IMG/VR virus record: IMGVR_UViG_3300023095_000007
Location: 1-31,701 of that record
Direction: 5' to 3' (one strand)
From: a virus
Taxonomy: Duplodnaviria; Caudoviricetes
Length of the DNA stretch: 31,701 nucleotides
Below the pieces are notes generated by a model, which was not told the DNA's origin, ran no database searches, and saw only the letters and a list, made by a program, of their open reading frames with translations. The position numbers were made by a program, and so were the translations under genes. Of the stretch, positions 18,394 to 26,386 are shown piece by piece. Position 1 is the stretch's first letter; the number at the start of each line of letters is the position of its first letter.

Positions 18394-18799
18394 CTTGCAT
18401 TCTCCGTTGATTCATACGCTGTTCTCTATAAGTCGCCCAACGGCAGTTACCAGGTGAGTAACCTTTATTGTTATCAATACGATCTAGTGTCATTCCCTCT
18501 GGTCTTAGTCCCATATCATTAAAGAAGTTTATAAAACCATTATCACATGACCACTCGCCACAGACAGTAATTCCTCTGTCGATGTAGTCCTCATGTTGCT
18601 TGTACCTTTTACTTGTACCTCGCTCAATCATGCCTATCCATGAGTACCAAGTAGGTGTCTTCACCATACCGTGTCTTGAAGTACCCCTGACATTAAGGCG
18701 TTTGAACGGGTCACCAAACTTATTAAACCGTTGATAATGCAACGAACAGTAGCCTTTTGCTTTATGTGGTCTCCCGCAATCTTTAATAGAACATATCAT
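18386..18799 (-). CDS. HNH homing endonuclease
   Basis: YIDRGITVCGEW, TLDRIDNNKGYSPGNCRWAT; N-terminal CSIKDC...CSLH module. Confidence 0.85.
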   Translation of the reverse strand: MICSIKDCGRPHKAKGYCSLHYQRFNKFGDPFKRLNVRGTSRHGMVKTPTWYSWIGMIERGTSKRYKQHEDYIDRGITVCGEWSCDNGFINFFNDMGLRPEGMTLDRIDNNKGYSPGNCRWATYREQRMNQRRMQDV

Positions 18800-20277
18800 A
18801 TGTGGAAGTTCAACCTCTTCGGTTTATTCGGTTGGCGGTGCTTCACAACGAGTAGTGGTTTCTCTGTCTGGTAAAGTTGCCACGCTCCAGCAAGGGACAT
18901 AATATCGTCATCGTGTGCGCCTGTCTCAGCCTCAGCCCTCCACCCACTGTTCGTCTTATGTTTCACAAATGAGAACATCTGAGTAATCGTAGGTGCGTGG
19001 TAAATGACCAGTAACTGATTATTCACAAGCTCCTCTACTCCAGCGAGCATGACAGGCCGTGTTGCGCTATTAGTGTTCCATCCTAACTTATCTGTGACCT
19101 CAAGGCGTTTAGTCAGTGGGCTTAGTTGGTACTGGCGGTATACACGATACTTTTGGTTTGTGTTTAGTCTCTCAAGCCTCTCAAGCTCGTAACCTCCCCC
19201 ATTGTTTGTCTCGTAGGCTACTACTGGTTTCACGCCTGTCTGGTCATATATCATCTCAAGAACTATCTTCATCTGCGGTGTAACATCAATAACAGACCCC
19301 TCATATGATAAGTGGATCGGTTCGTCTAAGTAGTCTTTACTAATGAACGTACCTGAGTTGAGGTCTGAGCCTTCGCCAGCTGTATCGAGGAATGCAACAA
19401 TAAACTCCCCTTTACTAAGTGGTCGATACTGTGTAAACATATCTTTATTAAGATTAGATGCTATAGGCTTACGGTCACTGGCTCTTTCTTCGTACGCCAT
19501 CATCGGTTCGTGATCGAAGTACGGTAGACCAGATGTCAGGAACGCTTCCTTCGCTGTGTAAGGATACTCCTGCGCTCCCATGCGGCCAAGGTTCTTACGC
19601 TTCTCTTCCACGAAAGCTTTATCATATGTCCAGAAGGGGTCGTAAAAGAAGTTCTTATACGTTGTCCTACCTGCTTCGGTCTCATCCCAATGGGTCTTAA
19701 ACTGGTCATACCCGTTAGCAGTAGTCTCTAGAATGGTGATTGAGTCGTTCGTCACTGCCTCACCGATACCTGACTTCAAGGCTTCGAGGTCACCCGCAAA
19801 GGCGGCCTCTGTAATGTGTAGAAAAGTAATGTCATCACCACGACCAAAGGACTTGCTCTTGGCTGACCCTACACGAAGGGTGTTTGTATAAAGGACATTG
19901 CCCTGCTCATCTGTTGGGCTGTAGACCCACTCTGAACGGTTGTCGTACTTAAGTGGCATACGTATACCATTTATCTTTTGATATGACTCTAGGAAGTGTT
20001 TGGCTCGCTGGAGCTGCTGTTGAGCTGAACTATCAATAAAGGATACGGAGACACATCGTTCGTTCTTGCCCATAAGAAATTTCGTTACCGCTATACCCAG
20101 AGAGACAGAAGAGATACCTTGCTTACGGTTCTTTAGCACGTTGTTGAGTGGTCCGAGGTTGTGAAGGAAGTGTTCCTGCGCCTTATTAAGAATAAACGAA
20201 ACTTCATCACGGTTCTTGTCAATGATGGTAAACTCGTTCTCCATGAACCTCTGGAAAGTATCGGGTTTAAAGCTCAT
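18796..20277 (-). CDS. terL: terminase large subunit
   Basis: Walker A-like VLKNRKQGISS, Walker B FLHITEAAF, coupling motif ETTANG, nuclease FLDTAGEG and HDDDIMS; likely start MSFKPD at 20277. Confidence 0.93.
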   Translation of the reverse strand: MSFKPDTFQRFMENEFTIIDKNRDEVSFILNKAQEHFLHNLGPLNNVLKNRKQGISSVSLGIAVTKFLMGKNERCVSVSFIDSSAQQQLQRAKHFLESYQKINGIRMPLKYDNRSEWVYSPTDEQGNVLYTNTLRVGSAKSKSFGRGDDITFLHITEAAFAGDLEALKSGIGEAVTNDSITILETTANGYDQFKTHWDETEAGRTTYKNFFYDPFWTYDKAFVEEKRKNLGRMGAQEYPYTAKEAFLTSGLPYFDHEPMMAYEERASDRKPIASNLNKDMFTQYRPLSKGEFIVAFLDTAGEGSDLNSGTFISKDYLDEPIHLSYEGSVIDVTPQMKIVLEMIYDQTGVKPVVAYETNNGGGYELERLERLNTNQKYRVYRQYQLSPLTKRLEVTDKLGWNTNSATRPVMLAGVEELVNNQLLVIYHAPTITQMFSFVKHKTNSGWRAEAETGAHDDDIMSLAGAWQLYQTEKPLLVVKHRQPNKPKRLNFHI

Positions 20278-20719
20278 TGCGCCACCCAAGTATATCAACT
20301 ATGGTCATCATCTCTTCGTAAGTGACCACGTTGTTCTTAATAGTATTACATCGGTGACAGGCAGGAACAGTGTTCATCTTGGTGTACCCCATTGAGCTAT
20401 CCATACGGTCAACTTCTATGCGGTTAGTAGACCCACAATATACACAGGGACTTTCAATAATATACTTAATATCCTCTTGAGTTAAGTCACACACTAAATC
20501 TTTCTTTTTCGACCTTGTGACTACTCCGATCCATCTGGATACGTGAGGAGGGGTACTTTTACTATAATTATACTTCTTACGAGCAGGCTTTGCTGCTTGG
20601 ATCTCAGACTTAGCCAAACGAGCAATTTCTGCCTCAAGGCAGCCCTTTTCTCTGCATTCGATAGCCCCTACATCATACGCAACACCACACCTGTCACATA
20701 CAAGGAACTTAGAACTCAT
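20267..20719 (-). CDS. HNH endonuclease between terS and terL
   Basis: CVYCG...EVDRMDSSMGYTKMNTVPACHRCN; likely start MSSKFL at 20719. Confidence 0.8.
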   Translation of the reverse strand: MSSKFLVCDRCGVAYDVGAIECREKGCLEAEIARLAKSEIQAAKPARKKYNYSKSTPPHVSRWIGVVTRSKKKDLVCDLTQEDIKYIIESPCVYCGSTNRIEVDRMDSSMGYTKMNTVPACHRCNTIKNNVVTYEEMMTIVDILGWRNEL

Positions 20720-21137
20720 AATCAGCCTTCTTTGTCTCAATATGCTGGTGGAAGTGAACACTTGGACTAATCCCTTGCTCTTTGTCTGCACCCATAAGCT
20801 TGAGTGCCATGCCTGATGCCTTTAATCGGATAGAGTGGTCTGGTGTTACCTCTGCAAATGCTTGGTCTCCTTGACCTGATATAGATACCTTGTCAGCCTT
20901 TAATCCATCTGCTATAGGTGCTATAGCAGAATCTAGGGTAATGTTATGCTTTTTAAGAGATTGTTCAATAGCAAACTTGACGTTCGGTTTTGTCATGTTT
21001 TCGCTAGCTATTGTACGAGCCACTGCATCCGTCCTAACGTCGTAAGCTGCCTTAGCTGCCTCCTGTCCATTTCCGTCCTTAGCAACATAAGCCTTAACGA
21101 ACTTCTTTTGTTTGACTGTAAGGGGTTTATCTAACAT
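20709..21137 (-). CDS. terS: terminase small subunit
   Basis: LTVKQKKFVKAYV...NGQEAAKAAY...ARTIASENMTKPNV HTH signature. Confidence 0.88.
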   Translation of the reverse strand: MLDKPLTVKQKKFVKAYVAKDGNGQEAAKAAYDVRTDAVARTIASENMTKPNVKFAIEQSLKKHNITLDSAIAPIADGLKADKVSISGQGDQAFAEVTPDHSIRLKASGMALKLMGADKEQGISPSVHFHQHIETKKADYEF

Positions 21138-21366
21138 AGTTTTTCGCTTTAAGTACTCTCTGGTCTTTTAGATTTTGGAGGAAGGCAAGTGTCTCATCTC
21201 TGTCGCATAAAACGATGCTCTCTCCTGGCATGTATTTGATTGGCATAATAATAAGAGGTAATCCTAAAAACAAGGGTACGTCATGTCCTCTTGTACCCGC
21301 TGGGATAACACCTTCGAGTCTTAGTCTGTTGAACATTCCTGCGGTGATCTTGTATGCGTTTGTCAC
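21127..21366 (-). CDS. hypothetical protein resembling the HK97 capsid A-domain
   Basis: 79 aa; GTG start with AGGAG; MFNRLRLE...FLGLPLIIMPIKYMPGESIVLCD. Confidence 0.6.
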   Translation of the reverse strand: MTNAYKITAGMFNRLRLEGVIPAGTRGHDVPLFLGLPLIIMPIKYMPGESIVLCDRDETLAFLQNLKDQRVLKAKNYVR

Positions 21367-21409
21367 TAGTTGAACGTCTCCTGTAGTAAGGTTACTCGTT
21401 AATAAGCTT

Positions 21410-21438
21410 ACTATACTACATGGAGGTTGTGCTTACAA
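21410..21438 (-). promoter_or_regulatory. candidate late promoter
   Basis: TTGTAA-N17-TATAGT just upstream of the packaging operon. Confidence 0.6.
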
Positions 21439-21543
21439 GTGGGAAATAGCTGAGATGATGTATACGAATAGGGCCAGTTGAGCTAGCATAGCAACTAAGA
21501 ATGCGGCGGCTAGTACTATGCCCATGGTTTTATCTTGTTTCAT
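21433..21543 (-). CDS. 36-aa single-TM peptide (not in ORF track)
   Basis: MKQDKTMGIVLAAAFLVAMLAQLALFVYIISAISHL; TAATG coupling. Confidence 0.55.
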   Translation of the reverse strand: MKQDKTMGIVLAAAFLVAMLAQLALFVYIISAISHL

Positions 21544-21794
21544 TATTCTATGTTCTTCACTTTCTTAGGTCTCTTCGACTTGCTAATTAACCCTGCATCT
21601 TCAAGCTGTTGCATCTCTTTGTCTACATCTGCCATCATAAGGGAGTCGCCCACGACCGTTTTAATTGGACTTAGTTGTGCTTCGTACTCCACATTAATAG
21701 CTTGGATTAGCCCTGCTGACTCCTTATAGGGACGTGTTCCGAGGTATTCGAGTACTTGGTTAATAAGCTGGGTTGTGATTGTAAATTCGTTCAT
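21543..21794 (-). CDS. hypothetical protein
   Basis: ATG at 21794 with AAGGAG; 'NQVLEYLGTRPYKESAGLIQAI'. Confidence 0.7.
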   Translation of the reverse strand: MNEFTITTQLINQVLEYLGTRPYKESAGLIQAINVEYEAQLSPIKTVVGDSLMMADVDKEMQQLEDAGLISKSKRPKKVKNIE

Positions 21795-21871
21795 GATTGC
21801 TCCTTTATTAAATATGGACAACTAGTATTTGAGTGGGTGTTGGTGTGACAGAAATTGCAGTGGAAAGGCAT
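21791..21871 (-). CDS. 26-aa CCHC zinc-knuckle micropeptide (not in ORF track)
   Basis: MPFHCNFCHTNTHSNTSCPYLIKEQS = CX2CX4HX4C; AAGGAGG SD. Confidence 0.55.
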   Translation of the reverse strand: MPFHCNFCHTNTHSNTSCPYLIKEQS

Positions 21872-21919
21872 TACCTGTTTTCCTCCTTAAATGTCTTACT
21901 CTCTTTACGTGATACCATC

Positions 21920-22252
21920 TTATTTCCCCTCTTTAGTCTGGAGGGCTTGAAGCTCCTTGACGCGGTCATCAATGTAGACGAAGTGTTTTCTGTAAAGCAA
22001 GTCCTCGTATTCCTCAACCTCGTCTAAAATATTGTGTCTGAATGGCACGACTATCGTGTTATCCATTTGCTCAATGCGTTGTAACTCGTCTAAGAGTCTT
22101 TCTGTTACTCGTTGGAGGACGATTGCGTCTAACTGCTTGCGAAGTTCTGGCTCTATATTCTCTGACCACTCACGTGCTCCAACGTCTCTGTTTGCCATTA
22201 CCCAAGTAAGGAAAGTTTCTATTTTTTCTTCTGTGTCTATTATGTGAGTCAT
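21920..22252 (-). CDS. hypothetical early protein (helical paralogue family)
   Basis: 110 aa; GGAGG SD; RVTERLLDELQ. Confidence 0.7.
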   Translation of the reverse strand: MTHIIDTEEKIETFLTWVMANRDVGAREWSENIEPELRKQLDAIVLQRVTERLLDELQRIEQMDNTIVVPFRHNILDEVEEYEDLLYRKHFVYIDDRVKELQALQTKEGK

Positions 22253-22435
22253 CTAACCCTCCACCACGTAGTCTAGTACAGCTCTTTTACCGCACTTCTG
22301 ACAAATATTATAGATGAAGTAAGCGCCTTGGTGTGTAAACTCTGGCTGCTTGTCGTTTAACCTGATCGGCATAATACGTTCCGTTGACTTTACGTACTCG
22401 TGTTCACAAGGCTCCTGTTTTGTATCGGTATTCAT
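22253..22435 (-). CDS. small Zn-ribbon protein
   Basis: CEHEY...CQKCG; AGGAGG SD. Confidence 0.7.
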   Translation of the reverse strand: MNTDTKQEPCEHEYVKSTERIMPIRLNDKQPEFTHQGAYFIYNICQKCGKRAVLDYVVEG

Positions 22436-22437
22436 GA

Positions 22438-22668
22438 TTACCTCCTATTTTCTATTTCGGCTATAATTTGGTTCAATTCTTCAACATCATCTCTCTCAAA
22501 TCTCGGTGGTAGATTAACCCCATTCCTACGTAAGTTCATCGCCTTCTGTCCGACTGCCTGGGGGGTTATGCCAAACTCTTCTGCTACCTGCCAGTTAAAG
22601 TCGTTGTTCATATAAGACTCAACGAACTTTTTACTGTCTACGTAAAGCCGTTTTCTTTTATGTGGCAT
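22438..22668 (-). CDS. HTH DNA-binding protein
   Basis: WQVAEEFGITPQAVGQKAMNLRR. Confidence 0.7.
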   Translation of the reverse strand: MPHKRKRLYVDSKKFVESYMNNDFNWQVAEEFGITPQAVGQKAMNLRRNGVNLPPRFERDDVEELNQIIAEIENRR

Positions 22669-22966
22669 CTTTATTCCCTTCTTCTGATAAACTTAAAACT
22701 TTTTTCAAATCCTTGATGTATACAACTTCAGTATCGTATTCTTCACGTTCTTTCTGGTAAATATCGCTAACGCTCGGGTTATACATAGAATCAATATCCT
22801 CTCTTACTGATGCTTTTGATATGAACCTAAGAGCAATTACTTCCTCTGCCTCTACGGGTGTCAATGGCTTCAAATCCCTTGGGTAACCCATATCAGCACC
22901 ATCGCAGTATGCAGTCTCTGCTACGCGCTGGAGTATCTTATATAGCTGTTCGTCTTGTTGTGTCAT
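22658..22966 (-). CDS. hypothetical early protein
   Basis: 102 aa; coupled within the operon. Confidence 0.65.
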   Translation of the reverse strand: MTQQDEQLYKILQRVAETAYCDGADMGYPRDLKPLTPVEAEEVIALRFISKASVREDIDSMYNPSVSDIYQKEREEYDTEVVYIKDLKKVLSLSEEGNKDAT

Positions 22967-23331
22967 TTAGTGCCTTCCTCTTCTGTGGACAATAGTTTAC
23001 GCCTGCTCTCAATCCATTCACCGAGTTCATGATTAGTCACATCATCAGGAGTTTCATCGTAAATATCTATTTCTAACCAATCGAGTAGTTTCTGTTCTGC
23101 CTCTCGTACTTTTGTATCTATAATTGCTTGAATATCTTTCTTGGCCTTTTCAACGGCTTCCTCCACGTTTACAACTACCTCAATGTCTAGTTCGGGGTCA
23201 TATTTGGTTTGGTAGTTTTTCGTAAGTAAATCCATCAACACGTCATCTAGCTCAGTATTAACGTTTGATTGGTGGGCGTCGCTTGTATATTCAATAGGTC
23301 TATCGTGTGTTTTAGGGTCAAATAGGCTCAT
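22963..23331 (-). CDS. hypothetical early protein (helical paralogue family)
   Basis: ELDDVL...AKKDIQAIIDTKVREAEQKLLDWLE. Confidence 0.7.
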   Translation of the reverse strand: MSLFDPKTHDRPIEYTSDAHQSNVNTELDDVLMDLLTKNYQTKYDPELDIEVVVNVEEAVEKAKKDIQAIIDTKVREAEQKLLDWLEIDIYDETPDDVTNHELGEWIESRRKLLSTEEEGTK

Positions 23332-23336
23332 CTTAT

Positions 23337-23687
23337 TTATCCTCTACTACTTAGGTTGGTACGTTGATCTTGAAATGGCTTCATATACGATTGGATTTCT
23401 TCAAACAACTTACCTAAGACCTCAGATGACATAGACGGAAAGTCAGGTTCTAACCTATGTACCATGAGCGGTGACATTGTTATCATTAATGAGCTTGCTA
23501 ACATATAATCGTTTGTAACTTTTTCTTTCAACATCTCCTGCTGGTGGAGGTGAACAAGCTCTTTTGAATAAAGATCAAAATGTTCTTCAATATCCTTGTC
23601 CTCGACTTGAAAGCCCATCTTGTACTTAGCCATGAGTTTCCGCGTTTCCGCTTCAAAATTACTACGTGTTACTTCATTGTTTGTCAT
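23337..23687 (-). CDS. hypothetical early protein
   Basis: likely start MTNNEV at 23687 with AAGGA SD. Confidence 0.65.
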   Translation of the reverse strand: MTNNEVTRSNFEAETRKLMAKYKMGFQVEDKDIEEHFDLYSKELVHLHQQEMLKEKVTNDYMLASSLMITMSPLMVHRLEPDFPSMSSEVLGKLFEEIQSYMKPFQDQRTNLSSRG

Positions 23688-23787
23688 ACTTATCCTTTCC
23701 ACAAACATCGCATCTAATCATGAAACGTGGCAGATACTTATTATCTCCGTAGTGATGGATGCCGATCAGGCAAAGCAGCTTATGCAT
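23674..23787 (-). CDS. DUF1660-like small Zn-binding protein (not in ORF track)
   Basis: MHKLLCLIGIHHY...RCDVCGK, 37 aa. Confidence 0.6.
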   Translation of the reverse strand: MHKLLCLIGIHHYGDNKYLPRFMIRCDVCGKDKYDKQ

Positions 23788-23789
23788 TT

Positions 23790-24068
23790 TTACTTACCTT
23801 CCTTGATTTCTTTGCGTTTGGCTTTGATAACACTTTTATTAATGTAGTTGGGGTGGTTATCTATCATAGCTTCCAATTCATCAAGTAACTGTTCTTGTGC
23901 TTTGGTAACTTCGGATTGGATAAGCTTTTCAAATCTATCTGCATACTTTTGGTAAATACGCTGTTCTTCTCTGGGGTAAATCATCACATCAGATCTATCT
24001 AGCGAACGGTCTTCAACTATCGCCTGAATAATAAGACTGTGCGCTTCTTCTCTCGTAGTATCAGCCAT
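23790..24068 (-). CDS. hypothetical early protein (helical paralogue family)
   Basis: EKLIQSEVTKAQEQLLDELE; start at the TAATG overlap. Confidence 0.7.
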   Translation of the reverse strand: MADTTREEAHSLIIQAIVEDRSLDRSDVMIYPREEQRIYQKYADRFEKLIQSEVTKAQEQLLDELEAMIDNHPNYINKSVIKAKRKEIKEGK

Positions 24069-24322
24069 TACTTCGTGCCCCATAGTGATTGACGCTGCTC
24101 GATTCTGAGTGAGTTCCTATTAGCTGGATAGGTGGCATTTTCAACTCCGAGTATTCGCAGATTGATAGGTTCGTCTTCCCCAATCACATACTTATCAACT
24201 GCTTGTTTGATGGCTTTGATCGCCTGATCGATGTTTTTGTCGACCAGTTCGTTTTCACCTCTCTTATAATCAATCAACTCGTATAGTGGTTCATCTAGCT
24301 CTTTATCAAACTCTGTACTCAT
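24068..24322 (-). CDS. hypothetical early protein (helical paralogue family)
   Basis: FDKELDEPL...DQAIKAIKQAVDKYVIGEDE...RNSLRIEQR. Confidence 0.7.
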   Translation of the reverse strand: MSTEFDKELDEPLYELIDYKRGENELVDKNIDQAIKAIKQAVDKYVIGEDEPINLRILGVENATYPANRNSLRIEQRQSLWGTK

Positions 24323-24444
24323 GACTGTATCACCCCTAAAATTACAAAGGTTAATACTACTAACACTGCCCCTGAGGCCTCCATAGCTCCCTTACGTGGG
24401 GTCTGAATGTATCTTGGCTTGTAATTGATTTGTTTGCTACTCAT
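24319..24444 (-). CDS. 41-aa membrane peptide (not in ORF track)
   Basis: MSSKQINYKPRY...GAVLVVLTFVILGVIQS; overlaps both neighbours. Confidence 0.5.
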   Translation of the reverse strand: MSSKQINYKPRYIQTPRKGAMEASGAVLVVLTFVILGVIQS

Positions 24445-24649
24445 GGAGGTCTTTCCCCTTTAGGTCGTTTAGTTTCTTCTTTCGGGCTTCTACACCTATG
24501 CGGCTAAAGGCTTTCTTTTCTTCTTCGGTCATAACTCGCTTGCTTTTTTGGCCGCCAATACCACCTCTACGTTTAAAGAACATAGGGTCTAGTCTCTTTT
24601 GTTCTGCTGCGCGTACCTTAGCCGCTTCACTTCGTTTGTTTTCTGTCAT
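24437..24649 (-). CDS. basic KGG-like small protein
   Basis: FFKRRGGIGGQKS...FSRIGVEARKK. Confidence 0.6.
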   Translation of the reverse strand: MTENKRSEAAKVRAAEQKRLDPMFFKRRGGIGGQKSKRVMTEEEKKAFSRIGVEARKKKLNDLKGKDLHE

Positions 24650-24804
24650 ATTCTCTCCACCTGGGTCAATCCCTGTGTTATGTTCCTAATAATATCTTCT
24701 GAGCACTTATAGGCAATAGCTATCTCTTCGGGAGTAAAACCTACTAGAAACATCTGCTTCATGCGCTTTTTGTGCTCTGGGTGTACTTTTACTCGATTGC
24801 TCAT
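24646..24804 (-). CDS. 52-aa HTH protein (not in ORF track)
   Basis: KQMFLVGFTPEEIAIAYKCSEDIIRNI; ATGA coupling at both ends. Confidence 0.6.
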   Translation of the reverse strand: MSNRVKVHPEHKKRMKQMFLVGFTPEEIAIAYKCSEDIIRNITQGLTQVERI

Positions 24805-25181
24805 CCTAGTATCACTACTCTCTCACCATCTTCCCTTGTAACTAATTTAACGCGTCCTACTATCGGGTTATGGCCATAAACAATTTTCTCTGTCACTGAA
24901 CCACCTGAGTGTCGTTCTATCTCGGCTTTATAACGTTTTGTACGGCGTCTTAGCGCAGTGGGTGAGTATTCTATAAGACCGTACTCATGGAGCTTTCTAC
25001 GCGCTCTGGCAACTGTCTCAGCATGCATAACCCGTGTAAGGTTCCAATACAAGCTTTTGGTCTCGTCGTAACCCTGCTTTAACCACACGGCTTCTAGAAG
25101 CTTCATTTCTTCGTCTTGAACGCCAGGGTTGTCTTTTATTACCTGCAAAACGTATTGCTCGTTACTAGTAAGTTTACTCAC
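24801..25181 (-). CDS. hypothetical protein, possible winged-helix DNA binder
   Basis: VLQVIKDNP...HAETVARARRKLHEYGLI; GAGGAG SD. Confidence 0.65.
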   Translation of the reverse strand: MSKLTSNEQYVLQVIKDNPGVQDEEMKLLEAVWLKQGYDETKSLYWNLTRVMHAETVARARRKLHEYGLIEYSPTALRRRTKRYKAEIERHSGGSVTEKIVYGHNPIVGRVKLVTREDGERVVILG

Positions 25182-25281
25182 AATCCAAGCTCTCCTCTTT
25201 TTCTACTGCCGCTTCGTCAGCTTCTATAACAGCCTGGGCGCGCATCTTGTCCTCTAAAAGTTCTCTAGTCTCAAAGTCCAT
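25174..25281 (-). CDS. 35-aa acidic peptide (not in ORF track)
   Basis: MDFETRELLEDKMRAQAVIEADEAAVEKEESLDCE; GAGGAG SD. Confidence 0.5.
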   Translation of the reverse strand: MDFETRELLEDKMRAQAVIEADEAAVEKEESLDCE

Positions 25282-25354
25282 CGGTATTCTCCTCTAATAG
25301 CTCAGCTAGTTTCTCACTTAAAGGGAGGATGTTTTGGTTAAAGAAGTTAAGCAT
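25271..25354 (-). CDS. 27-aa peptide (not in ORF track)
   Basis: MLNFFNQNILPLSEKLAELLEENTDGL; TAATG coupling, AGGAG SD. Confidence 0.4.
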   Translation of the reverse strand: MLNFFNQNILPLSEKLAELLEENTDGL

Positions 25355-25836
25355 TACTTTGACGCTCCTGCCATTTTAAAGTTAAGTATGTCTTTGTTGT
25401 AATAATCGTGCACCATGAGAGAGCAAGACACTGCTTCTTCTGGTTCGAGGTATGAAGCTACATTGATGGTCTTGTTCTCGTGCCGTATAGACACTCTATA
25501 CCACTTTTTCTGTACGTAGACTCCTGGGAATATATTATTCCCCTTATAATCTGGCTTCCTGGGACGTCTGTTGTTTGCTTGCTGATCCCAGGTTGCCCAT
25601 CGTACATTTCCTGGCTCGTAGTTGCCGCTATTATCTATACGGTCAAGTGAATGTCTTGAAGTAGGTCTATCACCAACATGAAGGTAAAAAGAATTAAAAG
25701 ATTCTAACCACTCCTTGCAAACGACTATGCCACGACCACCATAGTCTCCCCACTTTCTATACTTTTGGTTATAACAGCGCTGCCTCATTGCAACCCACGC
25801 ACGATACTCTGGTGTTTTTGACATCCCATGCCTCAT
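25354..25836 (-). CDS. HNH homing endonuclease with AP2-like C-terminus
   Basis: YGGRGIVVCKEW, SLDRIDNSGNYEPGNVRWAT; FPGVY...WYRVSI...EEA AP2-like segment. Confidence 0.88.
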   Translation of the reverse strand: MRHGMSKTPEYRAWVAMRQRCYNQKYRKWGDYGGRGIVVCKEWLESFNSFYLHVGDRPTSRHSLDRIDNSGNYEPGNVRWATWDQQANNRRPRKPDYKGNNIFPGVYVQKKWYRVSIRHENKTINVASYLEPEEAVSCSLMVHDYYNKDILNFKMAGASK

Positions 25837-25842
25837 AGTCTC

Positions 25843-26001
25843 CTACGCCTCCACAATCTTATTGTTACGGTAGTCCCAACGACCCTCAGCCTTGGCTTCT
25901 TTTTCTGCTTGGGCTTTAGTGAGGATACGGTTAAAAGATACCTTAGCTTGTTCGTGCTGTTCTTTCTGTTCTTCGGTAATGTTCCATTTCAGTGTGTTCA
26001 T
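25843..26001 (-). CDS. 52-aa protein, first gene after the 26.05 kb promoter (not in ORF track)
   Basis: MNTLKWNITEEQKEQHEQAK...GRWDYRNNKIVEA; GAAAGG SD. Confidence 0.6.
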   Translation of the reverse strand: MNTLKWNITEEQKEQHEQAKVSFNRILTKAQAEKEAKAEGRWDYRNNKIVEA

Positions 26002-26029
26002 TGATAGGCCTTTCGTTGCTTATGTACTC

Positions 26030-26058
26030 ATTGTAGCATTTTCGCTTACCGTTAGCAA
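26030..26058 (-). promoter_or_regulatory. sigma70 promoter with operator-like ACGGTAAGCGAAA
   Basis: TTGCTA-N17-TACAAT with TG extension; 13-mer shared with the 28.6 kb promoter. Confidence 0.7.
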
Positions 26059-26062
26059 TAGC

Positions 26063-26092
26063 AAAATAAAGAGACCGTATGTCTACGATCTC
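26063..26092 (-). terminator. intrinsic terminator
   Basis: GAGATCGTA-GACA-TACGGTCTC followed by TTTATTTT. Confidence 0.7.
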
Positions 26093-26122
26093 ATGCTCAC
26101 CCATAAACGGTATAACTCCGTT

Positions 26123-26305
26123 TTAAGCCACTGTAACAACATAAGTTTTTCCATCTTCGTTCGTTATGTAGATATCATCAATGAATACACCCGAGTTCTC
26201 AAACCTGATATCGCGATATGGTAACACCGTACCTGACTTTACCTCAGAGTAATATCTCACGCGTATCTTCTTAGAAGGTCCGTCTAAGCTACCCATTTGC
26301 AACAT
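26123..26305 (-). CDS. small hypothetical protein
   Basis: 57-60 aa; AGGAGAGG SD. Confidence 0.55.
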   Translation of the reverse strand: MLQMGSLDGPSKKIRVRYYSEVKSGTVLPYRDIRFENSGVFIDDIYITNEDGKTYVVTVA

Positions 26306-26363
26306 CCTCTCCTGTATAAGGGTCTATTACTGGAATAAAGTAATCTGGTTTTCCGCTGTCCAT
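26289..26363 (-). CDS. 24-aa peptide (not in ORF track)
   Basis: MDSGKPDYFIPVIDPYTGEDVANG; AAAGGAG SD. Confidence 0.5.
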   Translation of the reverse strand: MDSGKPDYFIPVIDPYTGEDVANG

Positions 26364-26386
26364 TGTGTTCTCCTTTGTTATGTTCA

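Noticed and set aside
18796-20791. Intron or intein in terL linked to the adjacent HNHs
   Set aside because: TerL is a continuous ~493-aa ORF with ATPase and nuclease motifs, and the HNHs lie outside it.
22400-22615. Plus-strand ORF starting MFTRLLFCIGIHDY, resembling the DUF1660-like peptide
   Set aside because: It is antisense to two credible genes and lacks the second CxxC pair; probably coincidence.
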